Shown here: positions 47,413 through 56,315 of the stretch, piece after piece
Position numbering within the stretch: the stretch's first letter is position 1
How the letters are laid out: the number at the start of each line of letters is the position of its first letter
Source of the DNA: a virus
IMG/VR virus record: IMGVR_UViG_3300002835_000155
Span: 3,862 to 67,861 of that record
DNA: 64,000 bases
Reading direction: 5' to 3' (one strand)
Notes under the pieces: model-generated
The model's input: the letters and a program-made list of their open reading frames with translations, nothing else
The model's database searches: none
Told to the model about the DNA's origin: nothing
Program-made: the position numbers and the translations under genes

Positions 47413-48558
47413 TCACGTCTTGGAGATGAATCGAGCCAGGTATTTCGGCATGAACTTGTAGTTGCCGTAGCAACTGACGTAGTACAGGTATCCAACGTCC
47501 TTGACAGAGTAGTCAGGACCCTGAGCACCGTAAATCTGGTTGTGGACGAAGAACGCTTCCACGTACTGTGGCAAGTACATGTAGGCTTCGCCAGTCGGGA
47601 CAGCGTAGTCCATTGAGTAGACCATGCCGTCGACCATCAGGGTTTCGCCTGGATAGCCGAGGTCACCGTCGCGGAACGGCATCATCTGGCGGTTGTTCTC
47701 ACGGAAGCTGTTCTTGAACTCCGTGAACATTTCAGACGCCATGACCACGTTCGGCATGGCTCCGACCATTGACTGACCGCCTCGGTGCAGCATCGCAGTC
47801 TGAGCATAGCTCGTTGCAGCGATAGCGTTTGAGGCCCAGTCGGTAGCAGAAGTCTGCCACGCTGTCGAGGCGTAGTTAACGATCAGTGGGCTCGTGCCGT
47901 CGTACTCGCTTGAACCCTGACCGAAAGGCCAGTCCTTGTCCAGGTTTGCATTCGGGCTGGTTGCCAAGTCGCCAGACCAGGTACCGCCAAGGTTACCGAG
48001 AGCACAAGACTGACCAGCGTAGGTCCCGTCAGGCTTCGCAATCTTGTCAGCAGCAGTCACGGTGCCAGTTGCGTATGACAGTGGGGTTTTCAGACCCACG
48101 AAGTCATACACGTTTGCAGCCAGGTTGCCGTCCTTGTAGTAGGAGTGACTGAGTCGCTCCATCATGGACTGAGCAAGTTCTTTGGACTTGCGGGTGTAGC
48201 GGTCACTGATCTGCTCAGGTGCTCCCTGAGCCTGCAGGTATTCCAGCTCTGGCAAGTAGTCGGTACCACGGTACCCCTTCATGCCGATGTAGAACTGGAT
48301 GTCAGTGTCAGTGTTGACGAACTCGATTGGTTGACCGTCGATGGCCGGGATGATCTGTGGTTGTTTGACCCGAGCGTTCCACATCTGAGTGTGTGAACGA
48401 GCGTTGTACGTGATCGACCCGTACTTCATCAGATTGAAGTACGTCAGGTAGTTTCGGACTGTCAAGTCAGAAACGCCCTTCCAGTACTTCGGAGCCAAGT
48501 CACGGACGCTGTTAATGTGCCCGTTGACAGTTGCTGAATTGATCGTATGACCGGCCAT
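47413..48558 (-). CDS. Major capsid protein
   Basis: 381 aa after the scaffold-like gene; GGAG RBS; biased codons; YKDG...F.GL and terminal YGNY...P pattern of HK97-fold capsids. Confidence 0.78.
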   Translation of the reverse strand: MAGHTINSATVNGHINSVRDLAPKYWKGVSDLTVRNYLTYFNLMKYGSITYNARSHTQMWNARVKQPQIIPAIDGQPIEFVNTDTDIQFYIGMKGYRGTDYLPELEYLQAQGAPEQISDRYTRKSKELAQSMMERLSHSYYKDGNLAANVYDFVGLKTPLSYATGTVTAADKIAKPDGTYAGQSCALGNLGGTWSGDLATSPNANLDKDWPFGQGSSEYDGTSPLIVNYASTAWQTSATDWASNAIAATSYAQTAMLHRGGQSMVGAMPNVVMASEMFTEFKNSFRENNRQMMPFRDGDLGYPGETLMVDGMVYSMDYAVPTGEAYMYLPQYVEAFFVHNQIYGAQGPDYSVKDVGYLYYVSCYGNYKFMPKYLARFISKT

Positions 48559-48571
48559 GTGCTACTCCGTG

Positions 48572-49618
48572 TTATTGCGGAAGGGCTTGTAGTCTGGCAA
48601 ACGATGGGAGTCCGTCGTTGTCCAGGAATACATTCTGTTGTTGAGGAGGAACATTACTGAGGAAAGTTCCCGGAGCGTTAAACGCCGGGTTCTGTGCTGG
48701 TGGGTTCTGAAGAACCTGTTGCATCCAAGGTTGTGGCTGAGGCTGTGGGGCCTGTTGAGTCACGGTTGTCAAGTATGGGGTGGCTGCTGTCATGGCAAAC
48801 CTGTGAACATCCTCGGGTGTCATCCCGTAGTTCGCAGCCATGTCCCACGCATCGCCGTACGCTTTTCCCGCTACGGATGGTGTACGTGTCCCATTCTGAT
48901 CGGTCGTCCATAGCACAGCCTCGTTCTGCTTGATCCACGCTTCGTGCGGTTTTGGGGTACTCTTCGCAATGTCATGTTGAAGCTGCAGGTTCTGCTGCTT
49001 CAGGGCTTCCATCTCTCTCTGGAGTGGAGTCAGGTATTGCTCGATTGCCGTCTTGCCGTACTTAGCGATGAAGGCTGCAGGGTCAGACAGTTCAGCCTGA
49101 CGGGCCTGTGCTTCAAGGATCTGCTGGTTAAGTTGCTGAGCCAGTTGTCCGGCAGCAGGTTGCTTAGCGACCCACTGCCCGTTCTCAAGAGCCATCCAGC
49201 CATTCTGCTGGAAAGCCATTGCCATCTTATTCAAGTCTTCAGCCGGTGGTGCAGGAAGCTGCGGAGCGGCTGGAGGGGTTACAGGTTGAGCTTTGACTCG
49301 GTCGAGTTCATCAGCCGTCTGTTCAGCCACAGTGTAGATCGCGTTGAACGCTTCCTGCACAGTGTTGAACCGTCCGGGAGGGAGTCTTCCCTCCTGCTCA
49401 AGTTGAACCAGATACGGGTCTCGCGGGGGAGCCGCTGGTGGTACAAACTGAGGAGTCGGCTGTGGTGTTGGAGGAGCTGGTAAACCCATCCCGCCCGGTT
49501 GTGGAACCGGGACGGGAGGGCTGTTCGCTCCCCCAGACGGAGCACTCGGAATGTTCGGTTGTGGGATAGCAGCCTGTTGCTGCAACATCTGAAACGACGG
49601 TATCGCTGGGGTAGTCAT
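48572..49618 (-). CDS. Putative scaffolding protein
   Basis: Upstream of MCP; P/Q/A-rich with a coiled coil. Confidence 0.65.
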   Translation of the reverse strand: MTTPAIPSFQMLQQQAAIPQPNIPSAPSGGANSPPVPVPQPGGMGLPAPPTPQPTPQFVPPAAPPRDPYLVQLEQEGRLPPGRFNTVQEAFNAIYTVAEQTADELDRVKAQPVTPPAAPQLPAPPAEDLNKMAMAFQQNGWMALENGQWVAKQPAAGQLAQQLNQQILEAQARQAELSDPAAFIAKYGKTAIEQYLTPLQREMEALKQQNLQLQHDIAKSTPKPHEAWIKQNEAVLWTTDQNGTRTPSVAGKAYGDAWDMAANYGMTPEDVHRFAMTAATPYLTTVTQQAPQPQPQPWMQQVLQNPPAQNPAFNAPGTFLSNVPPQQQNVFLDNDGLPSFARLQALPQ

Positions 49619-49631
49619 CTTGGGTCCTTAT

Positions 49632-49749
49632 GTCTGGGGGTTAAACATTCCCAAGCATGAGAATCCTTTTAGCCTTGCATTGCAATAGCAAGAAGTTTAC
49701 AAACTATTCAGATTCGGCTTTTTCAGCTTTCTCGGTTTTACCCCCAGAC
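49632..49749. promoter_or_regulatory. Divergent control region bounded by 15-bp inverted repeats
   Basis: GTCTGGGGGTTAAAC (49632-46) and GTTTTACCCCCAGAC (49735-49), 14/15 match; central palindrome CTTGCATTGCAATAGCAAG. Confidence 0.65.
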
Positions 49750-49759
49750 GGAGTTACAG

Positions 49760-50002
49760 GTGCTGATAGACGAGAATGAGCCGCCGTACATGACCCCAAA
49801 AGAAGTGGTCGCCTGGCTCAAACAACGTGGCGTTGAAGTGACGACAGACACGGTTCGCAACTGGTGTCTCAAGGGACTGCAGAATAAAAAAAGACCCGAG
49901 GTGCGTTACTACCTCGGGTCTTTCTGGTTGGGTGGTCGTCTTCAGATTTTCAGGGATGAGCTGGTTGTGTTTGCTCAGGCTTTGGTGCCTCAAGATACCT
50001 GA
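49760..50002 (+). CDS. Excisionase/MerR-like HTH protein
   Basis: YMTPKEVVAWL...VTTDTVRNWCLKG...LGGR. Confidence 0.78.
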   Translation: MLIDENEPPYMTPKEVVAWLKQRGVEVTTDTVRNWCLKGLQNKKRPEVRYYLGSFWLGGRLQIFRDELVVFAQALVPQDT

Positions 50003-50026
50003 TCAGTTTCTCCTCTTTGGTAAGCG

Positions 50027-51565
50027 TCATCCCAGTCTCCCCATAAAGTCTGCTGCAGCCTCTGGTGACGCACACGATGACGCCAGCATTGTCAGTGACT
50101 GCTTGTCCTTTAGCCGTCCCGGAAACATCTTCGCAACGCGGAGGAACTCTGTCTGGTTCCGCATAAGCTGACACGCTGTCTCCGGACTCAACGGGTACCG
50201 CACCTCACCCTTGTGTTTCTGTAACTTTTCGCACAGCTTGTGACGTCGTTCGCTGAACTCGATCTTCTGCATGAGGTGAACCCGACGAGCGTATGTTCTA
50301 CACGACTCGCCGTACTCGCCCTGTATTGGCGGCAGGCCCTTCCTCTTCAACCACTTGTTACTGATGACACGGAATGCTTCCTTCCGACTACGATAGTTCT
50401 TCGCTGTCAGGTGAAGCTCAATGTGCATGTAGAACCGTTCGTCTGCCGAAAAGATGTTCTCGAAGTGGTAGTGCTTCTGGTTGAAGTGTTTCTTCATGTC
50501 ACGCAGGAGCTTCGGTACACGCATCGCCTGCATCTTCGGGTTGACCCCGATGGCCCCAAAGTTACCGAGTCGTGTCAGGCGTGAGATGTCCTGTGACTCG
50601 ATCTCCGCAAACATGGCCAGCATCTGCATAAGCATCTTGCCCTGAGGCTTGTCTGTTCTCAGGTCGCCCTCAACGGTCATCAGGGACGCCCCGGTCTTGT
50701 GGATCGAATCGACCACTCGGTTAGCGTCGACCATTGACCTGAAGAGACGGTCTGGTCGCCACGCCACAACCATGTCGCCGGGCTTCAGTGCCTTGAGCAT
50801 CTCGCCCCCGGCCTTTCTCTTCTCGAACTTGGTCTTGAAGGCTGACACCCCTTCATCCTTGTACCAGATGACCTCAGCTCCACGCAGGTCTGCTGGCAGG
50901 AGCTTAGTCAGCAGGTTGACCTGATGCTCGACTGTCTGGTCATTCGTCGATACGCGGACGTAGGCATGGACTCGGCCTGTGAACTTGTACTTATCAGCTT
51001 CACGGTCGCGTTGGATCTGCTGAAGGATGGCACCGATATCTTTTGATGAAGACAGTGGCTCGACTACCACAGGTTTTGGTCGCTCGGGTGCTACCGCTTT
51101 AGCGATGACTCGTGACTCTTTAACTCGGGCTGAGATCAGTTCTGATCGTAGCTGAGCCATGACAGCCATCATGTAGAGCATCGCCTTGCCGTTGGCTGTA
51201 TCCGTGTTGAGCGTTGGGTAGTCGACGAACTTCACCGTCACGCCGTTCTGTACCCACTGGTCCATCACAGCAACCATGTCGTTAAACTGGCGGAACAGAC
51301 GATGGGTGGCTAACGCGATGATGACGTCGCCGGGTTTAGCGTTGCCAAGCAGCAGGAGCCCACCTGGCCGTTGGCATAGCTTCTTCTTGAAGGCTGACTT
51401 ACCACCGTCGATGAAGACGCCGGGCAGGTCACAGTTGGTCTCAAGACCAAGCAGGTAGTCGTTGTTCCTGGCGTACTCAAGACACACCCGGACCTGCTGG
51501 TCAATGGAGTAGCCGTTGACGTACTGATCGAGTGTTGAGACTCGTGCGTAGATCCATGTGCTCAT
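50027..51565 (-). CDS. Serine recombinase with two tandem resolvase catalytic domains
   Basis: YARVST...GDVII...HRLFR and YVRVST...GDMVV.WRPDRLFR, each followed by an E-helix; basic ~170-aa C-terminus. Confidence 0.9.
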   Translation of the reverse strand: MSTWIYARVSTLDQYVNGYSIDQQVRVCLEYARNNDYLLGLETNCDLPGVFIDGGKSAFKKKLCQRPGGLLLLGNAKPGDVIIALATHRLFRQFNDMVAVMDQWVQNGVTVKFVDYPTLNTDTANGKAMLYMMAVMAQLRSELISARVKESRVIAKAVAPERPKPVVVEPLSSSKDIGAILQQIQRDREADKYKFTGRVHAYVRVSTNDQTVEHQVNLLTKLLPADLRGAEVIWYKDEGVSAFKTKFEKRKAGGEMLKALKPGDMVVAWRPDRLFRSMVDANRVVDSIHKTGASLMTVEGDLRTDKPQGKMLMQMLAMFAEIESQDISRLTRLGNFGAIGVNPKMQAMRVPKLLRDMKKHFNQKHYHFENIFSADERFYMHIELHLTAKNYRSRKEAFRVISNKWLKRKGLPPIQGEYGESCRTYARRVHLMQKIEFSERRHKLCEKLQKHKGEVRYPLSPETACQLMRNQTEFLRVAKMFPGRLKDKQSLTMLASSCASPEAAADFMGRLG

Positions 51566-52134
51566 AAGTTATCCCACTGTGCCGCCATCGCGTCAGCCAA
51601 GCCTTGGTACGTCTCTGACCGTTTCTTGCCTCGGTCTTTCCCCGGCGACATCATGTGTATCCGAGCTTCACGCCCTTCAACAATGTTCGTCGGTTCCAAC
51701 TTCGGTAAGCCTTTTAACCACAGGCATGTTGCCTTGGTCTCCCCGTGGCCGAACTGCCACGGCTGAACGATCTGGGTGTAGTCTACCTTAATGATCTCTT
51801 TGGCGTGCTTGTGCATGATCGGATTCTCAATACAGACTCTCGGGCAGTCAACTTCGAGAAACTTACTGAAGAACTCGGCACCGGCCTTCATCTTCTCTTG
51901 ACGACCCTCTTCCGTGTACAGCCATCGAACTCCGCTGTTACAAAGGTAGGTACAAGGTGGGTGAAAAATACACAAGTCCCAACCGCAGTCCAGTATGCTT
52001 AAAACATCGCACTGTAGGTGGTGTGGGCTCCCGTCGTCTGCTGGTAGAAGATCACATGACCAAGCGTCATGCCCTCTAGCCCGGAACGCTCTGCGAACAG
52101 CCCCTGAGAACTCACATCCAACTAAGACGTGCAT
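51562..52134 (-). CDS. Short phage C5-cytosine DNA methyltransferase-like protein
   Basis: VLVGCEFSG, SCDL, FHPPC, IENP, RSETYQGLADAMAAQW. Confidence 0.85.
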   Translation of the reverse strand: MHVLVGCEFSGAVRRAFRARGHDAWSCDLLPADDGSPHHLQCDVLSILDCGWDLCIFHPPCTYLCNSGVRWLYTEEGRQEKMKAGAEFFSKFLEVDCPRVCIENPIMHKHAKEIIKVDYTQIVQPWQFGHGETKATCLWLKGLPKLEPTNIVEGREARIHMMSPGKDRGKKRSETYQGLADAMAAQWDNL

Positions 52135-52655
52135 TGCATTCCGCTCCAAGTCGTTAAGTTAAAAAGTCGTGTTATCGTTGGTCGTGATACTCCGAAAAGT
52201 TCGGCTATCTCTAATTGGGATGCTCCACCCTCCCAAAGTTCCCACGCTCTATGCCTGTCATCAGCAGTGAGTTTTCCGGTGCGTCGAAGGTCATACGTAC
52301 CATGACGTTTCTTATCCTGTTCGTTCTCCCAGTAGGACCCCCATGCAAGATTATCTGCCCGGCAGTTAGCCGGGTTTCCGTCAAGATGCCTGACGCACAG
52401 GTGAGACTTCGGGTTTGGTACGAAAAGTGTAGCAACGAGTTTGTGTACCCGGATTTTGACACGCTCTCCTGACCTCCCACAAAGTGTCAGTCCTGGATAT
52501 CCTTTTGCGTCTGTAGAGGGGTTTAATCTTCTGTACTCTGACCGAAACCCACGACTCGTTTTGCAGGAAAGTACGTACCCGTCGCTACACACGAGATATC
52601 CGTCAAAACTTGGTATGGGTTTTACATCGGTAGTTTCTAGGAATGGACCGTTCAC
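52122..52655 (-). CDS. NUMOD4-type HNH homing endonuclease with C-terminal HTH
   Basis: Y.V.SDG.V.S, VHKLVA..F, VRHLDGN..N....NL.W, IAELFGVS. Confidence 0.9.
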   Translation of the reverse strand: MNGPFLETTDVKPIPSFDGYLVCSDGYVLSCKTSRGFRSEYRRLNPSTDAKGYPGLTLCGRSGERVKIRVHKLVATLFVPNPKSHLCVRHLDGNPANCRADNLAWGSYWENEQDKKRHGTYDLRRTGKLTADDRHRAWELWEGGASQLEIAELFGVSRPTITRLFNLTTWSGMQCTS

Positions 52656-52852
52656 GCCAACACCTCCGTCAAATGTGCAAAGTACTCGTCCGGGAAAGTA
52701 CCATCACCTTCCCGGACGATCAGCCCGACAAGGTCTGGCTTGTCGGACCATTGAACGTACAGGCCGGGTCCAACGTCGTCCCACACGAAACGAATGTTGC
52801 ACCCGGCCCGGCCGATTAAACAGAACGTGACCTTCATGGCCACCCCATACAC
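52652..52852 (-). CDS. Hypothetical protein
   Basis: Gene packing. Confidence 0.55.
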   Translation of the reverse strand: MYGVAMKVTFCLIGRAGCNIRFVWDDVGPGLYVQWSDKPDLVGLIVREGDGTFPDEYFAHLTEVLA

Positions 52853-53028
52853 TTGAGACGGTATGACAGAGACATACCGTGGAGATTGTACGGGTCCGGG
52901 TCCAGCTTGGGATCGAGGGTGATCTTGTCCATCGGCAACTCCCTCGTCGGCTCCTCAGCTACTTCGGGCTTGACGAAGTGTGACCTGGCCGCAGCCTCCA
53001 TCCGTGCGATGTCGTCAATCAGTGTCAT
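52834..53028 (-). CDS. Hypothetical protein
   Basis: ATGA overlap. Confidence 0.55.
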   Translation of the reverse strand: MTLIDDIARMEAAARSHFVKPEVAEEPTRELPMDKITLDPKLDPDPYNLHGMSLSYRLKCMGWP

Positions 53029-53288
53029 TGGATGTACCCCCGGTTTATCGGCACCCCATCGTTCCAGTTGATGTTGGTCAGGTCAGCCCAGTGGGTAACC
53101 ATGTCACTGCACTCTTTCGGGTCTTCAGAATCCTCATCAATGAAGACACCGTCGATAAACAGATATACGTCGACCCAACGTATGCCTGCCTCCTTGTTGT
53201 GCCCCCAGACCAGCACGTACGAGTCGTCTCTCGGTAGCCGGTCCTTCACGTCAATCCGGTGCAACGTATGCGTACTATCACTTGTCAT
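53025..53288 (-). CDS. DUF551-like protein
   Basis: IDVKDRLP...VLV...VTHW. Confidence 0.7.
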   Translation of the reverse strand: MTSDSTHTLHRIDVKDRLPRDDSYVLVWGHNKEAGIRWVDVYLFIDGVFIDEDSEDPKECSDMVTHWADLTNINWNDGVPINRGYIQ

Positions 53289-55545
53289 CTGCTTCTCCTA
53301 AAAACTTGAATCGAACGGTCTTTTGCTCGCCCTGTATCGGCAATTCTACGACAGTACCCTCTCGCAGAAACATGTCCAGTTCTTTCCTGGCTTCATCTTT
53401 CTTCAACTTGAGAACACTGTAGTACTCACGGAGTGTCCATACGTCACCAAACGCCTTCTCAACACGGCGACGGCGGTCAGCCGCCTGGACCGCAAACCGG
53501 GCTGGTACTGACTCTTCTCGACCCAGCATGTAGTTACTGCTGGCTACTGCAAAGGCTGACTCCACGATTCCATCAACCAGCTTCTGTTTCTGATACCAGT
53601 TGTGCTCCATGAAGTCGATTGCTTTCTGCATCCACTCCTTGCTGATGTTACCGTGGTCCTGGTTGCCAACCTGATGCAGCTCCCAGAATCTTTTGTCGCA
53701 ACCACAGTTCAACGTCAAAAGTTTCGTTGCTGTACGTAACGCAATCTCGGCATGACGAACAACGTCTGCTCGGTACGGATGGTCCTCTGGCCACTGGCTG
53801 AGCGTCTGCGGGGACTTCTTGTAGGCGGCATACTCTCGCCAGGCTTCACGAGCCTGGGAGTCCAGTGTCATCGTGAGAGGTTTAACAGCCACTCCGGTCC
53901 CGGCAAGAAGACCTGATATCGAAGGTAAGCCGATAGACGGCTTCACAGACTCCAGTCTCCCTACGATCTCATACCACTGCTTTAGGAACTCCTGGACTTT
54001 GGCCAAAGCTGCCGGGTCCTCTTTAGCTGGTACATCACCGATTGGGTAGACGAACATTCTCGGCAGGAGCCCATCCATGCAGTCATTGATTGGCATCTGG
54101 TTCAGGTTGATCTTCTGGATCGCTGCACAGACTGTGAGGAAAGGCTGCTGTACCCCGAACGTACCTTTCTGCAGTGTCCTCTTGATCTTGTCGCCAGACC
54201 AGCACTTGTGGAACAGACTGTTGTCTGACCCCTGCCCGGCGTTGGGTCCATACTTGCCGAGCATCTTGAAGAACTCTTTACCCTCGGTGAACTCCAGCAT
54301 GATCCCACGCTGGAACCGGCTCATAAGGGAGACGAGACCTTCGGGGCTCCCTTCGGTTGTAACACTTTCGGAGTGGGAGACCGGTCCTAGCAAGGCCGAT
54401 AAGGTCTTACTCTTCCCCGTCCCGGAACCTCCCACTCCGAATGAAAACATCTGCAGACCCATCGTATCGTGGTCTGGACTAACTCTGACTCTGACGGCTT
54501 GACCCAGTGCGTGCGAGGTAACGCATAGGATCGCATGGAGAAATAGATTCCTCGGATAGCCTGCCAGCTTTGCGTACTGACTGGCTTCCTCAATCATCTC
54601 CGGAAAGATGTGTGTTGGGATCTCTGGTGACTGACCAGCGTTAGTCGACGCCTGCATGGACCTCATGGTCTCAAGGACGTCGTTGACATCCTCCATGCTG
54701 ATCTCAGTGGTTAACTCTTTCAGCGGGTCTACCGGCCGCTGAAGGTTGTTGAATAGGTTCTTGATCTCGTGCTCACCCCGGCCCTCCATCTCGTACGAGC
54801 CGATAGCCTGAGACATGTACCGGCACAGGTCTTCGACATGATTGCGGGGCAGCATCCACTTGGTGTAAAGCTCTTTGGAGAACTTCAGCAACCAGTCATG
54901 GCGATACCCTTCGCCCGGGAGAAACCCTTCACCTGTGGATACGACATCGGCCTTTGAATAGTCCTTGTCAGTATAGTTGGTGAGGAAGAACTGGATGATG
55001 TTCTCAGGCATCTGAGCGACACCAACATCCCAGGGTGCATGACCCGGTACCCAGTCATAGAACAACCCTGTGTCCGGGTGCAACGATGGGGGAATGATGG
55101 AGTACTGCCGTCGTTTGTTCTTCTCGTTGAAGAGACCAAGGCGGCACTCGATGTTGTCGACCTTCAGGTTGGCCTTGTTGAAAACGGCCAGCCGAGGTTC
55201 GTACTTGAACAGGTGGTGGACACCTCGTCGAGACGTGAAGTACATCACGGTCTTAACACCGGACTCCTTGATCATCTCACTGAGTGCTGCGGCTGCGGTT
55301 TCACTGTCTGGCTCGACGTCACAGAGATTGGACTCCGGACCAAACGAGATGGCCATGTTAAAGAGGCCGGACGGCACGAGCGTTACGAACTTGTTGATGT
55401 CGTTCGTCGCGTAGGCGTCCCAGTCGCCTTTGTGCAGGAACTCTTGTTTAGCTCCATACTTTAATGGGAAGATACGTACGCCGAGGCGACACAGGTGCCC
55501 AGCCGTTCGCAACGCCGCCTGGCGGTGCTCTTGCAAATCATTCAT
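53278..55545 (-). CDS. Bifunctional primase-polymerase fused to a DUF3987-like P-loop domain
   Basis: IFPL, DVE, RGVHHLF, IPPSLHP.TG..Y.W; GGSGTGKS; DGLLPR. Confidence 0.88.
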   Translation of the reverse strand: MNDLQEHRQAALRTAGHLCRLGVRIFPLKYGAKQEFLHKGDWDAYATNDINKFVTLVPSGLFNMAISFGPESNLCDVEPDSETAAAALSEMIKESGVKTVMYFTSRRGVHHLFKYEPRLAVFNKANLKVDNIECRLGLFNEKNKRRQYSIIPPSLHPDTGLFYDWVPGHAPWDVGVAQMPENIIQFFLTNYTDKDYSKADVVSTGEGFLPGEGYRHDWLLKFSKELYTKWMLPRNHVEDLCRYMSQAIGSYEMEGRGEHEIKNLFNNLQRPVDPLKELTTEISMEDVNDVLETMRSMQASTNAGQSPEIPTHIFPEMIEEASQYAKLAGYPRNLFLHAILCVTSHALGQAVRVRVSPDHDTMGLQMFSFGVGGSGTGKSKTLSALLGPVSHSESVTTEGSPEGLVSLMSRFQRGIMLEFTEGKEFFKMLGKYGPNAGQGSDNSLFHKCWSGDKIKRTLQKGTFGVQQPFLTVCAAIQKINLNQMPINDCMDGLLPRMFVYPIGDVPAKEDPAALAKVQEFLKQWYEIVGRLESVKPSIGLPSISGLLAGTGVAVKPLTMTLDSQAREAWREYAAYKKSPQTLSQWPEDHPYRADVVRHAEIALRTATKLLTLNCGCDKRFWELHQVGNQDHGNISKEWMQKAIDFMEHNWYQKQKLVDGIVESAFAVASSNYMLGREESVPARFAVQAADRRRRVEKAFGDVWTLREYYSVLKLKKDEARKELDMFLREGTVVELPIQGEQKTVRFKFLGEADDK

Positions 55546-55586
55546 CTTTTCTGTCTCCGGGGGAAGCGGACCGGGACAGTGTCTAC

Positions 55587-55805
55587 TCAGGTTGATGGTT
55601 TGTCAAGTCTTGGTTTCAGCACTATCGGACTTGGGAAGTAGCTGTCGGTGACGTGGTTGCAGTCCGAGCAGTATTTAACGTAACCGTCATCGGTCGTCAT
55701 CCTCAGAACCAGAGCGTGTTCTGGGTGCGGGCAGGAACCCAGTCTGATGATCTGCCGGAGCTGGGCACAGCGGCGGGCAGTTGATGGGGCCTCATCCCTT
55801 CTCAT
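55587..55805 (-). CDS. Possible small Zn-binding protein
   Basis: CPH and CSDC; downstream of a strong promoter; weak RBS. Confidence 0.35.
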   Translation of the reverse strand: MRRDEAPSTARRCAQLRQIIRLGSCPHPEHALVLRMTTDDGYVKYCSDCNHVTDSYFPSPIVLKPRLDKPST

Positions 55806-55809
55806 TTTT

Positions 55810-56110
55810 TTGCATACCGGCTATACAGGTTAAACTGGTTAGACCTTATACGTTATACCTGACTTCTAACCTGGTTATACCTAAAGGGTTTCTTTAGAAA
55901 CTAATCACTGGTCAAACTTTAAGCCGGTTTAACCAGCGAGACCTGGTAGACCACTAGCCCGCGATGCGGGCATAGTAGGTCTACCAGGCTGGCCTGTCAA
56001 ATCCAAACTAAAATTTTGTCAAAGATTGGTCGCAAAGAAATCTCTCTACGTTTACCGGGCCTGAAGCCCGGTTAAACCGTCTACGGTAATACCTGGTTAA
56101 GCCGGTACCG
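55810..56110. other. Candidate replication origin/control region
   Basis: Non-coding, AT-richer; repeated CTGGT(T/C/A)A; inverted repeats CCTGGTAGACC...GGTCTACCAGG (55942-55988) and CCGGGC-CTGAA-GCCCGG; adjacent to primase. Confidence 0.5.
55972..56000 (-). promoter_or_regulatory. Sigma70-type promoter
   Basis: TTGACA-17 nt-TACTAT on the - strand. Confidence 0.75.
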
Positions 56111-56112
56111 GA

Positions 56113-56277
56113 TGGTAAAAATCCTTACCAATTCGGCAGTTGACAGATGTTTAGTGCATCCTAAAACCTAGTGCGCGGGGCGCGGATGCAGTAGCTGCAC
56201 CGGACGTCTGTACAGTGTTCCTATGGTAAAGAATCTTACCAACGATGGTTTGACAAAAGTTTTACCGGGGCGATGAT
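56113..56277 (+). promoter_or_regulatory. Tandem operator-promoter modules
   Basis: TGGTAA-N6-TTACCA at 56113-30 and 56224-41, each followed by TTGACA (56140, 56250). Confidence 0.7.
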
Positions 56278-56315
56278 ACGCCCGGTGACATTCACAATTT
56301 TCTTTGGAGGGTACC

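Noticed and set aside
50027-51565. Large serine integrase or IS607 transposase
   Set aside because: No recombinase/Zn-ribbon domains, no N-terminal HTH and no adjacent tnpB.
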